Of a stretch of DNA of 64,000 nucleotides, positions 45,703 through 58,230 are shown piece after piece. How positions within the stretch are numbered: position 1 is the stretch's first letter; every line of letters starts with the position of its first letter. Source of the DNA: Eledone cirrhosa (Eukaryota). The notes beneath the pieces were generated by a model. That model made no database searches. It was not told the DNA's origin and worked only from the letters and a program-made list of their open reading frames with translations. The position numbers and the translations under genes are program-made. The stretch is taken from assembly GCA_964016885.1 (NCBI GenBank), contig OZ024740.1, positions 339,264,001-339,328,000 on the forward strand, in the 5' to 3' direction.

Positions 45703-46050
45703 CAGTTGACCCCTGGTATTCACGGAGGTGACATTCCTAGAGCACCCATGAAGAGCGAAAGACTGTGAATATTGGATGTAGTCCATCTGTAATGTAAAAT
45801 ATAATAAAAAAGAGGGAAAGTCTTATGCGAAGGGGCATCTAATAGGCCGGCAAATACAATATATTATTATTAATAATTTAGCGTTAAAAACATATATATA
45901 AAAACATATTGCCACAAAAAAAGCCATTAAAAAAATTGTGGAAGATATTTACGATTCCATGAATATGCGATGGTTTCCACGAACAATTATTAGTTTGGTT
46001 CTAAGGCAATTCTGCGAATAACCAGGACCGCAAATGTCGGGGGTACACTG
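45703..46050. mobile_element. pogo/Tigger-like MITE
   Basis: Left end TA-CAGTTGACCCCTGGTATTCACGG and a degenerate right end CCGCAAATGTCGGGGGTACACTG. Confidence 0.65.
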
Positions 46051-46460
46051 CTGTGTATGTAGGAAGATTAGCAACAGATAAAATAAGTCCATCCACCACT
46101 AGCACCAACGGTACTGCTTGTCCATTCAGGTTCACTCTGTCCAACAAGACAGCCAAACAATGTCCTGGACCATTCTACAAAACAAAAACAAAAACAAAAC
46201 AGAACTTACATAAAATTATATATTAACTGTATGATATTTATGTCAAACCATATGGGATGAAGAGGGTCAGTTAGACATATGTAGACAAAAACAGACACAC
46301 ATATATTGTCAAGAAGGGAAGAGTATTATCTGTGACACATTTTCAGGGCCACAATGACTGGTGGGAGGGAGGACAGCATCCTAAAAGTGGAGACCTGGCC
46401 CTAATGTTTGCAGCAGGGTGGACTCCACCAAAGATACTCGAGGTGCTAGGAAATTGTGTT

Positions 46461-46630
46461 TACTCTTTAGCATTTATATTACTCTATATATACTGTTGTA
46501 TTTTCGCAGTAAAGGTTTAATCTCTCATAATATCTAAAACAATATCGAATCTATGAGATTTTGATATTATTTATTTTGGAGAACAATATGTATTTTTGCA
46601 GTAAAGGTTTTATCTCTCACAATATCTGCC
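46461..46630 (-). mobile_element. Partial relative of the piggyBac MITE at 8672-8891
   Basis: CTTTAGCATTTATATTACTCTATATATACT...ATATCGAATCTATGAGATTTTGA matches the reverse complement of that element's right end. Confidence 0.7.
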
Positions 46631-46738
46631 CACAATAGGACAACCCATCTAACCCATGCTAGTGTGGAAGAATGGATGTAAAACGGTGATGATGATGATG
46701 ATATATATATGTGTGTGTGTGTATTTATATGCACAGTA

Positions 46739-46807
<69 letters not shown>

Positions 46808-47327
46808 TACTAATATATATATATATATAAAAATCTGAGAAGCATTGAGTGCTGCGTAGTTGCACATGGGTTACATATGAAAAAAATTAGTCCTTCATCA
46901 GTGATTTACCAACTATCATTGGTATTTCATCGCTTTGAAAATCATATACCTCCAGTTGGTGCGAGCAATAGCTAAATAAAGCTATTGGGACAAGTAATAT
47001 AGCGTAAAGCGAGCGAGACAAGTAAACAAACAAAAATGGTATAACAACGGAAAGATAGAAAGAAACAAGCACATGATATCTATTCAGCTTAAGCGGGTGA
47101 ATTTCATGGGCGAGAGATATATACAGACCATCCGACATGGGTGAGGTGTGAGTGAGAAAGGACCCCACACAGGCCAAACGGGAGGAAGTGAGAGGGGGGA
47201 GAAGCAGAGAGTGAGTGAGTGGAAGTGCGAGGAAGAGGCCAGTCGAGAGAAAGTGTGACTGACAGAGGGGGTGAAAGAAGGTGAGAAAGAAGGTGAGAGA
47301 TACAGAGAGAGGGGTGAAGTAGTATAT

Positions 47328-47379
<52 letters not shown>

Positions 47380-47457
47380 ACAGTACTAATATATATATAT
47401 ATTTATATATATACAGTACTAATATATATATATATATATACAGTACTAATATATATA

Positions 47458-47494
<37 letters not shown>

Positions 47495-47800
47495 TACTTA
47501 TATATATAGTACCAATAAATATATATATATATATACAGTAGTAATAAATATATATATATACAGTAGTAATAAATATATATATATATAGTATTAATAAATA
47601 TATATATATATACAGTAGTAATAAATGTATATATATATAGTACTAATAAATGTATATATATATAGTACTAATAAATATATATATATACAGTAGTAATAAA
47701 TATATATATATATAGTACTAATAAATATATATATATATATAGTACTAATAAATATATATATATATACTTAGTACTAATAAATATATATATATAGTATTAA
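47380..47800. repeat. AGTACTAATAAA-(TA)n compound minisatellite
   Basis: Repeated AGTACTAAT/AGTAGTAATAAA units separated by TA runs of variable length. Confidence 0.85.
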
Positions 47801-47912
47801 TATATATATATGCAAGAGATGTCAACATGACTGGACCTATTATTTTTATCTAAAGACATTTTTTCTAATTCCATCCCGCCCGTCCCCTTAATCTATTTTA
47901 TTTCTCATTCTT

Positions 47913-47948
47913 TCTTCTGATGAAGGACTAGCGTCCGAAACGTTCAGA
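47913..47948 (+). ncRNA. Minimal hammerhead ribozyme motif
   Basis: TCTT-CTGATGA-A-GGAC-TAGC-GTCC-GAAA-CGTT-CAGA. Stem II is a perfect 4 bp and AACGTT is palindromic. Confidence 0.8.
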
Positions 47949-48158
47949 CCCTCTTCCTGCTATATCAAGCGTTAACCTAATATATACCTTCCATATACTG
48001 TACCGATTGTGTTTTTATTTCTGTTTACCTTTTACATATATATATATATATATATATATACAGGGAGTGTAACTTGGAGTTACTGTAGGTTCACCCGGGT
48101 GAGCACTCGATGTTTAGGTTCACTTCTGTGTCGAGGTGTAGAGCTATACAGAGTGTAT

Positions 48159-48479
48159 TATAGTGAAATAAAATAACAAGGACGATTGGTTACTCCTTCA
48201 TTACGTTTATTGGTTTGTGATGCCCGTTTCGCCTCTGATCAGCTCAAGGTTTGATCTGTATCAATCTAGCCTGACTCTGTAACCCGCGGCTCATCAGACC
48301 CCTTACAATGGTAATGGAAAAACTATTTTCCATTACCATTGTAAGGGTATGACAAGCCGCGGGTTACAGAGTCAGGCTAGATTGATACAGATCAAACCTT
48401 GAGCTGATCAGAGGCGAAACGGGCATCACAAACCAATAAACGTAATGAAGGAGTAATCAATCGTCCTTGTTATTTTATT

Positions 48480-48487
<8 letters not shown>
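48159..48487. mobile_element. About 330-bp near-perfect palindrome made of two inverted hammerhead-bearing pseudo-LTR copies
   Basis: Centre GGAAAAACTATTTTCC at about 48323. The left arm on the minus strand reads CTGATGA-GCC...GGC-GAAAC (48227-48297), then AATAAA. The right-arm core is mutated to ATGACAA. Confidence 0.85.
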
Positions 48488-48537
<50 letters not shown>

Positions 48538-48651
48538 CAGTACTTATATATACCGACAGTCGATCGACTTTCGTCAAATAGGACCGAGGAAACAATGTTT
48601 CCATTGGTCTTTCCAATTGCTAATACCCTCTATCGGTCGCAACTCCCGGTA

Positions 48652-48767
48652 GAAGGAGCAACGTGAAATAAAGTGTCTTGCTCAAGGACATAACGCATCG
48701 CCTGGTCCGTGAATGGAACTCACAACCTCACAATTGCGAATCCAATTCTCTAACCACTCAGCCACAT
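48652..48767 (-). mobile_element. tRNA-derived SINE head, related subfamily
   Basis: Minus strand reads GTGGCTGAGTGGTTAGAG...GTTGTGAGTTCCATTC...CCTTGAGCAAGACACTTTATTTCAC. It lies head-to-head with the next SINE. Confidence 0.75.
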
Positions 48768-48803
48768 ATATATATACAGTACTTATATATATATAAATAT
48801 ATA

Positions 48804-49149
48804 GCACATGGCTTAGTGGTTAGAGCATTGGCCTTGCAATCGAAAGGTTGTGAGTTCAATTCTCAGGCCGGGTGATGTGTTGTTTCCTTGAGCAAGACAC
48901 TTTATTTCACATTGCTCCAGTTTACTCAGCTGTAGAAATGAGATGATAGGGACTGGAGTCCCTATCATTCCACTGCAAAGTGGTCGTGGAGGTGCCACGG
49001 CAAAAAAGCACCCAACACTCACTGTAAATGAGGTTGGTGTTAGGAAGTGCATCCAGTTGTAGAAATCAAGCCAGAATCAGTTCCCGTCCCACCCTTGCAA
49101 GCAGGGAAAAGCGGACGTAAAATGAAATGATGATGATGATGAAATGATG

Positions 49150-49151
<2 letters not shown>
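48804..49151 (+). mobile_element. tRNA-derived SINE (copy 3)
   Basis: Near-identical to 1171-1516, with an (ATG)n tail. Confidence 0.9.
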
Positions 49152-49199
<48 letters not shown>

Positions 49200-51616
49200 T
49201 ACTTATATATATATATATATAATTCAAAAACTAAGAGCTGTTTAATAATATTGAAAGGAAATCAGGTTGATTTAATCTTTTGCATGTATGTGTGTGCATA
49301 TAATTATGTATGAATTTATGTATGCATGGATATGCATATTCTTCTATGTGTGTGATGGGAATTATGTATATCCATATATTTTTGAATGTATGTATGTGCA
49401 TATATGCATGTATGTATTTATGTAGTGTCGTTGGATATCTTAGCATGTGTGTGCATGCATCTGTTATATTTAAAAAAGATTTATTTCTATCTATTAAATG
49501 ATTAATAGTGTATTTGTGGAGATTAGAGAGTTTCATGTATATATATATATATATATGTGGGTGTATGTATATGTATATATATATATATATATGTGGGTGT
49601 ATGTATATGTATATATATATATATATATGTGCATATGTATATGTATATATGTGCATATACATATGTATTTATGTGCATGTATATATATATGCATGCATAT
49701 ATGTGCATATATATATGCATGCATATATATATGCATGCATATATATATATATATACATGCATATATATATATACATATATATATATGTATGTATGTATGT
49801 ATTGATAGTATATGTGTGTCTGTTTGTGATTGTATCCATTTATATTTCAATTATTGCAATCCTTTAATTCTCTCATATTTATTGCTCCATTCAGTTAGTA
49901 TGTCATCTATTTCTCTGAAGTCAAGTTCACTCAAAAACTACTTTCAATATTTCCTGTTCTTACTATAAAACACCATCATCATCCCAAAGATAATATTCCT
50001 CCCTCTATTATCAACAATAACTTTCTGATCTTACTACCAATTCACCTTTCAGGAATCCCGTATTCCTGATTTCTTTTGTTTGTGTTTGTTTTTTTTATTT
50101 TTTGGTTGGTTTTGTTGTTTTTCTCTCCGCTCCGTTACGTGCTTTTTGACAGTAAGAGGAAAAACCTCTGACTCTCAACTGACAAGAAAGGCACTCGCTT
50201 GCCAACAATCGTTACCATCTGCTTTCCTTATAGTTTGTCTCTGTTATTAACTAAACAGCTGCCTGTTGGTGCCAGTATTATGGTATTCTCATATTCTGGT
50301 TTTCTGCAGAATCTTTAATAAAAATTTCACCCATTGAAACTGACTGAAAAGCTCTGTTTCTATATTTTATACTTACCAGACATTTTAAATGTTTGTAGAA
50401 TTTGGCTTGGCTTTGAAATGAATACAAGTTTCTTTAGAATATTGTTGTTCTTTCATAACATCTCTCTCTACTTAAACATTTATTTTGCCTGCATTGTTTA
50501 TATGTTTGGATGTATTATAGAGACTATTACGCTACTTTAACTAGCTTAGCTTCTAAATTGTTGCTGTTTCTGCTTCTCTAAAGAGGATTACACAGGTTTA
50601 TTTTAATCTCATTCTCTCTCCCTCTCTTACTCTTTTCCCAACCTCTCTCTCATTCTCCTCATATCTCTCCTGACACCCTATCTCTCTTGCCCCCATCTCT
50701 CTTGCCCCAATCTATCCTTTTATGCAGTATTATTTTTCCTGATACCTTTTATTTAAATATCTCTTCCATATTGCTATAATTAGCACAGATTTTTATACTG
50801 AGAACACAAACGCACTATTAAGTTTTCTTTCCATTTGCAAACAAATTAGTTGAAAAAAAATTATAATAATCATACTATTTACCTATGTTCAAAACTTTCT
50901 GTTTACTGTACTACTGAGAGGTGGTGCTGGCAGTGGAGGTGGCAATGGTGGTGGTAGTGGTTGGGGTGCTGGTGGGCTGTTGTCATTGGCAATGTGATGA
51001 TGATGATGATGATGATGGAGGTGGTGGTGATGATGAAGATATGAAAATTATCTGATAAAGAACTCAATACATAAAAAAGTTACAATAATAGTGGTGATGG
51101 TGATGAGGAAGAGGAGTAAAAAGATATACTGGTAATAGTAGTATGGGTGATGGCAGTAGTAGTGAGAAATATTGGTAGTGAAAATGATTAAGATGAAGGT
51201 GCTGATGATGGTAGTGATTTTATTTCAATGCTGAATTCCTCTTTTCCTTCCCCAGTTTATTTCAACTCTTTCTATATATCTATAATCATTTATCTATGTC
51301 ATTTCTTTCTGAATAAACACACATATATACACTTGCATGTGCTCATACACATATATGAATATTATTTTAATGTATATATATTTTTTCTCTCATAATATAT
51401 GTGAGCATATATATATATATATATATATTATAATTATATATAGAGAGAGCGAGAGTGGAAGGAAGAGTGATGCACACTCGCATACACATATATATATGCA
51501 TACACACAAACACACACACACACATATATATATATTTACTATATAAATATTGATATATAAAAAAATTTAAAGGGTATATACATATAAACTAGGCAAAGCC
51601 ATATATATATATATAT

Positions 51617-52155
51617 GTTTTTGGCAACCATTCACTGTGTGGCTCAATGATGAATTAATTAAATAATTAATAAAAGTAAGTCCATAGAATCATTAGATAA
51701 AATATATACAGTATTTCTTCTCCCAATCAGCATAAATCAACCACACAAAAATCATTTAAACGAGGCTATAAGCTTAAAATATACTTATGAAGAAACAATA
51801 GATAAGTGATATAGCTTTTTATCCGCGACTCACAGCTACAGAAAATTTACCTAGTATTTCTGATAGCCTGTAGAAATTGACTAGACATATAGTTAACCAT
51901 ACATAATTAGGTACAAAATCAGAGTTAGAAGAAAAAATGTACAGAAACATACCAAAATCATCAAATATCTCTACCACCGGGGTTTCATTCCCTTTTTGGA
52001 TAAATCCGATCTTGGATAAATATACAAGGTTGGAAATCATCAGGAGATAAACTCAATTGGACAAACAGTTTTCTTACATGATCCCCACCAGAAATGAATT
52101 CAAAATGGCTAAGAATCATCACGTGGCTAGTGGTCAAGGTAGAAAGTTTGTGATA
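51617..52155 (+). mobile_element. Diverged repeat homologous to 62954-63400 and 63548-63839 (probable PLE ORF N-terminal region)
   Basis: Shared blocks TGTGGCTCAATGA, ATAGAATCA, CTCCCAAT, AGGCTATAAG and TTCAAAATGGCTAAGAATC. Confidence 0.55.
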
Positions 52156-52190
52156 TATATTTATATATATATATTTATATATATATATAT

Positions 52191-52769
52191 CCAAGACAAT
52201 GTCACTGGACCGAGACCTTTGGCGGTACTCAGTAATAGAGAAGACCCGCCTTACCTAAATACAAAGTAAAAACCTACTACAGTCAGTAGGCATCTCTATC
52301 AAAACACCCCCCCATCCCACCACCTCCACCCCATCCACACCGCCCCTTTCAATGTAAAGTTATGTTGGTCCCACAACATCCAGGCCGAAACAAATGAGAT
52401 CGTGTAGGTGTCACGATAAAAAAACACACAGTCCACGCTGTAAATGTGGCCGTGTAGGCAACACGGTAAAAACCTCCCAGCCCCACACTGTAAATGTGGT
52501 TGGTGTTAGGAAGGGTATCCAGCTGTAGAAAACCCGCCAGACAGTCCACGCTGTAATGTGGCCGTGTAGGCAACACGGTAAAAACCTCCCAACCCCACAC
52601 TGTAAATGTGGTTGGTGTTAGGAAGGGCATCCAACTGTAGAAAACCCGCCAGACAGTCCTATGCGAGCAAGACAACCACTCTTGCCTCAAGTGGGAAAAC
52701 CCCCGTCCAAACCCATGCAAGCGTGGAACACGGACGCTAAACCTGATGATGATGATGATGATGATGATG

Positions 52770-52770
<1 letters not shown>
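52191..52770 (+). mobile_element. RTE 3' end (family B) with an internal tandem duplication
   Basis: Matches the reverse complement of 18591-19040. The segment at about 52428-52540 is repeated at about 52541-52658. Confidence 0.9.
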
Positions 52771-52800
<30 letters not shown>

Positions 52801-53021
52801 AGTATGGATTTGCACACATATATATATGTACGTACATACATATATGTATACAGACGTACAGTAGTATGTATATATATACATACATGCAGACATATATATA
52901 TATGTACGTATGGATTTACCGAACAATTATTATAATGCTTGGTTTGTTTGTAAAGTGAGAAATGAAATTTTGTTTCCTTTTTCCATATATATATATTTAT
53001 ATATATATATTTATATATATA

Positions 53022-53056
<35 letters not shown>

Positions 53057-53060
53057 TTAT

Positions 53061-53830
53061 TTAGTGACAAAACATAAGTCAATTGCATGAACTCATAATC
53101 CTTTATTTACTGCTATATATATTTCGATGATAGCCATTGAATGGCTATGACCTCATCAGGCAGTTAGTCAGTTCTTAGATATGCCAGCTGTGTTTATAGT
53201 GTTGATAGTATCAGAGCCTTGGGACATATATATTTATATATATATTTATATATATATTTATATATATATATATATTTATAAGTAAGAAAGTAAGTGTTGG
53301 TAAAATCCAGTACTTCAGTATGCAGATAGGGATCACTCAACGAAGATATAAGTTCCGGAGTTATAATAGTGACGAAACATAAGTCAATTGCATGAACTCA
53401 TAATCCTTTATTTACTGCTATATATATTTCGATGATAGCAATTGAATGGCTATGACCTCATCAGGCAGTTAGTCAGTTCTTAGATATGCCAGCTCTGTGT
53501 TTATAGTGTTGATGGTATCATAGCCTTGGGACATATGAATTTGTTAGGAATAATTTAATGTTGTCAGCAGGAATAGTCTTAATTCTCATTGGTCAGTTTG
53601 TAGATGCTAGTAGGGTTGGTATTTGACCTCAAAGAGGCAGGTGGTGTTGTAAAATTCAAACCGTCAGGCAAGATGACAATAGTTCCATATGATTGATTTT
53701 CACAAAAAGCATTCCTGGTCAGATATATATTCAATTAAGGTTAATAGTATGAAATAGATACTACAGGTCATTCTTAAATTGAGGAATTTATGTGGAGTGG
53801 TGCTACTGAAGCTTATGGTTAGAGTAGAAA
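53061..53830 (-). mobile_element. Tandem hammerhead-bearing pseudo-LTR copies 2 and 3, plus upstream body
   Basis: Hammerheads at 53109-53164 and 53414-53469 match the structure of 28058-28113. Copy 3 continues into unique sequence. Confidence 0.8.
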
Positions 53831-53889
53831 ATATATATTTATATGTATATATATATATTTATTTATATATATTTATATATATATATATT

Positions 53890-54072
<183 letters not shown>

Positions 54073-54169
54073 ATTTATATATATATTTGTTTATATATAT
54101 ATATAGTGGTAGAACACTGGAAGGTAATATCTGTAGTGGTAGAGCACTCAGTCCATGGGACGAGTTAAG

Positions 54170-54308
54170 TAGAAGTGGTTACACAACAGTTAGTTCACCA
54201 TACCGAAAACAATTGTTTCATCTTAGCGGTCCATTACGAGCTGAGGATCCGCTAAGGTGAAACAATTGTTCTCGGTATGGTGAACTAACTGTTGTGTAAC
54301 CACTTCTA
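54170..54308. mobile_element. Fold-back palindrome with an intact hammerhead on the plus arm
   Basis: CGAG-CTGAGGA-TCCGCTAAGGT-GAAA-CAATTG-TT-CTCG at 54237-54274. The left arm is the reverse complement, starting inside stem II. Confidence 0.85.
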
Positions 54309-54375
54309 TATCTATATATATATATATATAATATAAAACGAAAAATCAGTGATGCATCTGGACTCAATTTATTGT

Positions 54376-54463
54376 GTGTTACAATTGTTTCGCCTGCAGA
54401 CAGCTCGAGACACGATCATTGTATGGATCTGTCTGATTCTGGAACTGCAGGTTCGTCAGACAC
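54376..54463 (-). ncRNA. Hammerhead ribozyme motif with a long stem II
   Basis: GTGT-CTGACGA-A-CCTGCAG...CTGCAGG-C-GAAA-CAATTG-TA-ACAC, then AATAAA. The upstream minus frame has IKPSMN, resembling a GIY-YIG C-terminus. Confidence 0.85.
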
Positions 54464-55082
54464 TTCCAATAACAAATATTCTCACTGGGGTTTTAGCTTC
54501 AAAAAACATCTTCCTCTCTTGTCCTGCTGTTGGCTGTTAGTTTTCTACGTCATCATGAATTCTGGCCAATATTTGCTGCCATACTGCCCATCAGCTATTC
54601 TCCGTCCGACACACTTCAATGAATTCATGCTGGGTTTGATATTTCACAAGTCACTCACACACTCATATACACACACATACACACACACACGCACATACAT
54701 ACACACACATACATACACACACATATATATATACATACACAGACATGTACATATACACACCCATATACATATACACACCCATATACATATACACACACGC
54801 TCTCACATACACACACTCACACGCCCATGACCATATACCTAACAACATATGCGTCCACAGGTGCCTGCCTACCTGCCCTCATACATAAGCTCTCGCACGC
54901 ACCCACACGCACACACACATGCACGCACACACATACAGGAACACACACATGCGTACGCATACATCTACTCATATACACAAACACGTACAGACATATACAT
55001 AGACGCGCACACGCACATGCCTGTCCGTACAAAGAAGCACAAAGACAGACACGCTTCCAAACACACACATACACACACACAC

Positions 55083-55140
<58 letters not shown>

Positions 55141-55222
55141 GTATATATGTACACACACATAAGCGTAGTCACCAGTTTCTCTTAGCCTGTTTTAGGTGCA
55201 CGCACACACACATACACACACA

Positions 55223-55255
<33 letters not shown>

Positions 55256-57986
55256 TATATATAGAAAGAGAGACAGACAAACCTACAGATAAGTAAATAA
55301 CCCAATGACTAAATGTATTCACTTTCATCTGCTTGTCTGTTTAGCTATAAGAAGCTCTGCAATTACTTCTTACTACCTGAAGCTAGAACGTGCATCTCTC
55401 TATCTAGCATTAAATGCATTATGATTGATAGATACACATATTTGGATGAAATGTTTCTGCCAGTTGTTATTTCAATCGCCAGTTGATATCTAAATTGTAC
55501 AGAATAGCTGTCAAGTTAGTCAACACTTACTTACCACCTTTCATATGCATCTGTTGTCAGGGGGACAGAATATAATTAGTTGCTATTGGGAAGAAAGAAA
55601 GAAATGTATGAAGGAGATGTGTACTCTATAAGCTGCAGTACAAGCAACCTGTCTAGGAGAGCAGTAACCCAACCAGAGTTTAAGGTAGAGAGAGAGAAGA
55701 CTCTGTATTCATGTCACAAATAGTAGTACCAGGAGCTTGATAAAAAGTGGTTGGTGATAAGAGGAGCATCCAGTTGCTAGAAAGCATGCCAGAAAAAAAG
55801 AAAAGAACTATGTACATATCTGTTGTCAGAGGAATAGAGTCTGATTGGTTTCTGTTGGGAATGAAATAATGCATAAAGGTGATGTGTACTTTGTGAACTG
55901 CACTGCAAGCAACCTGTCTAGGAGAGCAGTAATTCCAAATAGAAACTGTATCAATGTAGAGAGAACTCTAGTCTTGTCGCAAATGACACTTCTAGTGCCA
56001 GTGGCATGATAAAGTATTCTTAATCCATACTGTAAATTGGTAGTAGACAAGAAATATATCCAACCATTAAAATCCATTCAAAAAACAAATTTACTTACAC
56101 AAGAATTATCAGTTTTCTATGATGCAGATGATTGCAGGTGATTAGTAGTGAGATGTTATAGGACCAGTTTAAATATCAGTATGGAAAAACAGGCATAATA
56201 TGATGCTGAGAGTGATGATGAATCTGATATAGTACAGATATTCATTTTATTAATTCTGAAGAATAAAATCAGTTTACAACAGATTTCTGCTCATAAGTGG
56301 ATGTAATGAACTAAATACTGCAAAAATATCTAGTCTAATGTCATAACATCTGCACCAAAAATATTGGTTTCTTACATAGTCAGGGAGGATTGATATGTGA
56401 GAGATATTGCAACAGGGCAAGGGTTGAACATTTTCTATTTGAAACGATTTATCAATCAAGTGGGTTGATATTGTTTCAAACATGACCTAGCATGATAATA
56501 ACAGATGTGTCAACCTTAATATGGAAATGGTATTATTAAAGGGTCAATAGTTGTTCTGACTAAAAAATCCAAGACTGATTTATGTGGTATTAACGATGTT
56601 AGTACACTTCCAAGGAAAATCACTGGAATTCTAGGGATTCTCCAAGTTAAGTGATGTTTATGTGAAATGTGAGTTCCATACATTTCTTATCATCATTTTT
56701 CATATAATTTCTATGCTTGCACAAATGGAACAAGTTCTTACAGTCCGAGTCAGTTCTTATTCAGAGTTATTGTCCTTCTGGAGTGGTTGGAGGATCATGT
56801 CTCACTCATATATTTTATTTTGACATTGTCCTAACACCAGAATTAATTTTAAAAACACTCAGTACTGAGTGTAGAAGGAGGGGGCTGTTTATCATGGCAC
56901 CAGCACTAGCAGGGTCTTTATGTCCTTGCCAACAACTTTACAAAATATGATCTGCTCAATCTTTGCTGACCTCTGACTAAATAACAACAAAAGCAACAGT
57001 TATTTTCCTTTTCAATGCAAGAAGGTAGGCTTAATTTAGATGGTAGACATAAAATGGGTGGTAGATTAAATTTGAGTGGTAAACTTAATCTGTAATTTGG
57101 TTTAACACCACCACTTATTCCTTAGGTGCCGTTAACAGAATCAGGTTTTAGTATACATTGGAGGCCCTGAAAAGAGTCATGGACACTACGATTCTCTCCC
57201 TAACTAAATGGTAAAAAAATCTAAACTTACAGAATCATCCATTTTGTGTATCCAATAGCCATAATGTATGTTTAGAGGCTTGGAGTTGATGAATTGAAAT
57301 CTATTTCTTTATTTCTAATATCTTAAAACATTACTTTCTATTGTTTAATTTAGAAAGTATTTTTGTCTTCATATGAAGGAAAGAACATTCTGAAAGTTCG
57401 TTCATGTGTTATCTGGAGTTTCAACTGAACTAATGCATAACTGTGGCTCATTAATAAGTTACACTACTAACCTCAGGTCTTTTACATTTATAAACTTAAG
57501 ATATATTCATGTCAGCCTTTTGTCCTACATTTGATAAAAATAAGTAAAAATTATTTATGAAAGCAGCCAGTTATATTTGCAGAAAAACAATGTAGCTGTT
57601 GGCCACATCTATTTCTGATGAAATGATGAATCATATTCTTATAACATGACCTACAGACTATTGTTTGACAATGTATAATATTAGGTTTCTATTTATGTCC
57701 CTAGCAAAAGAGCCTTAAGAGTGATTTATAGAGGAACATTTAATGATATTTATCACTATTTTCTGAGACATTGATTTCACAGATAATCTCCATGTCCCTG
57801 TATTACACAACAAAAGCAAGAATTTTGGAAATAATTCAATATATAACTATTTAATTTGCTATTTGCCCTAATTTCATCATCTGTCTTATTTATAGCAACT
57901 AATTACCAAATTAATTAAAGTTCTCTTCTATTTTCATGTACATGCCATCTTCAACACACATACACACAAATATATATATATATATA

Positions 57987-58031
<45 letters not shown>

Positions 58032-58194
58032 GCATAATGATAATAATTGTTTCTAATATAGGTACAAGGCTAGTAATTTTTGTGGATGGTAAAGGTAAAG
58101 TCAATTAAATCAACCCCAGTACTTTGTTTTATTGAAAGGCAATGTTGACCTCGGGGGAATTTCCTCTGCTTACTCTCATCTATCTCTCCTTATA

Positions 58195-58230
58195 TTTTCT
58201 GATGAAAGACTACCATCTGAAACGTTAAGA
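58195..58230 (+). ncRNA. Decayed minimal hammerhead motif
   Basis: TTTT-CTGATGA-AAGACTACCATCT-GAAA-CGTT-AAGA. The downstream flank is similar to that of 47913. Confidence 0.65.

Noticed and set aside
46885-46945. Permuted hammerhead on the minus strand (GAAA-TACCAA...TTGGTA...CTGATGA)
   Set aside because: It lacks the required UH cleavage site and a stem I between the modules.
55580-56080. Diverged tandem pair of about 265 bp
   Set aside because: It appears to be old RTE/SINE tail-related sequence duplicated locally, with nothing beyond ordinary repeat decay.
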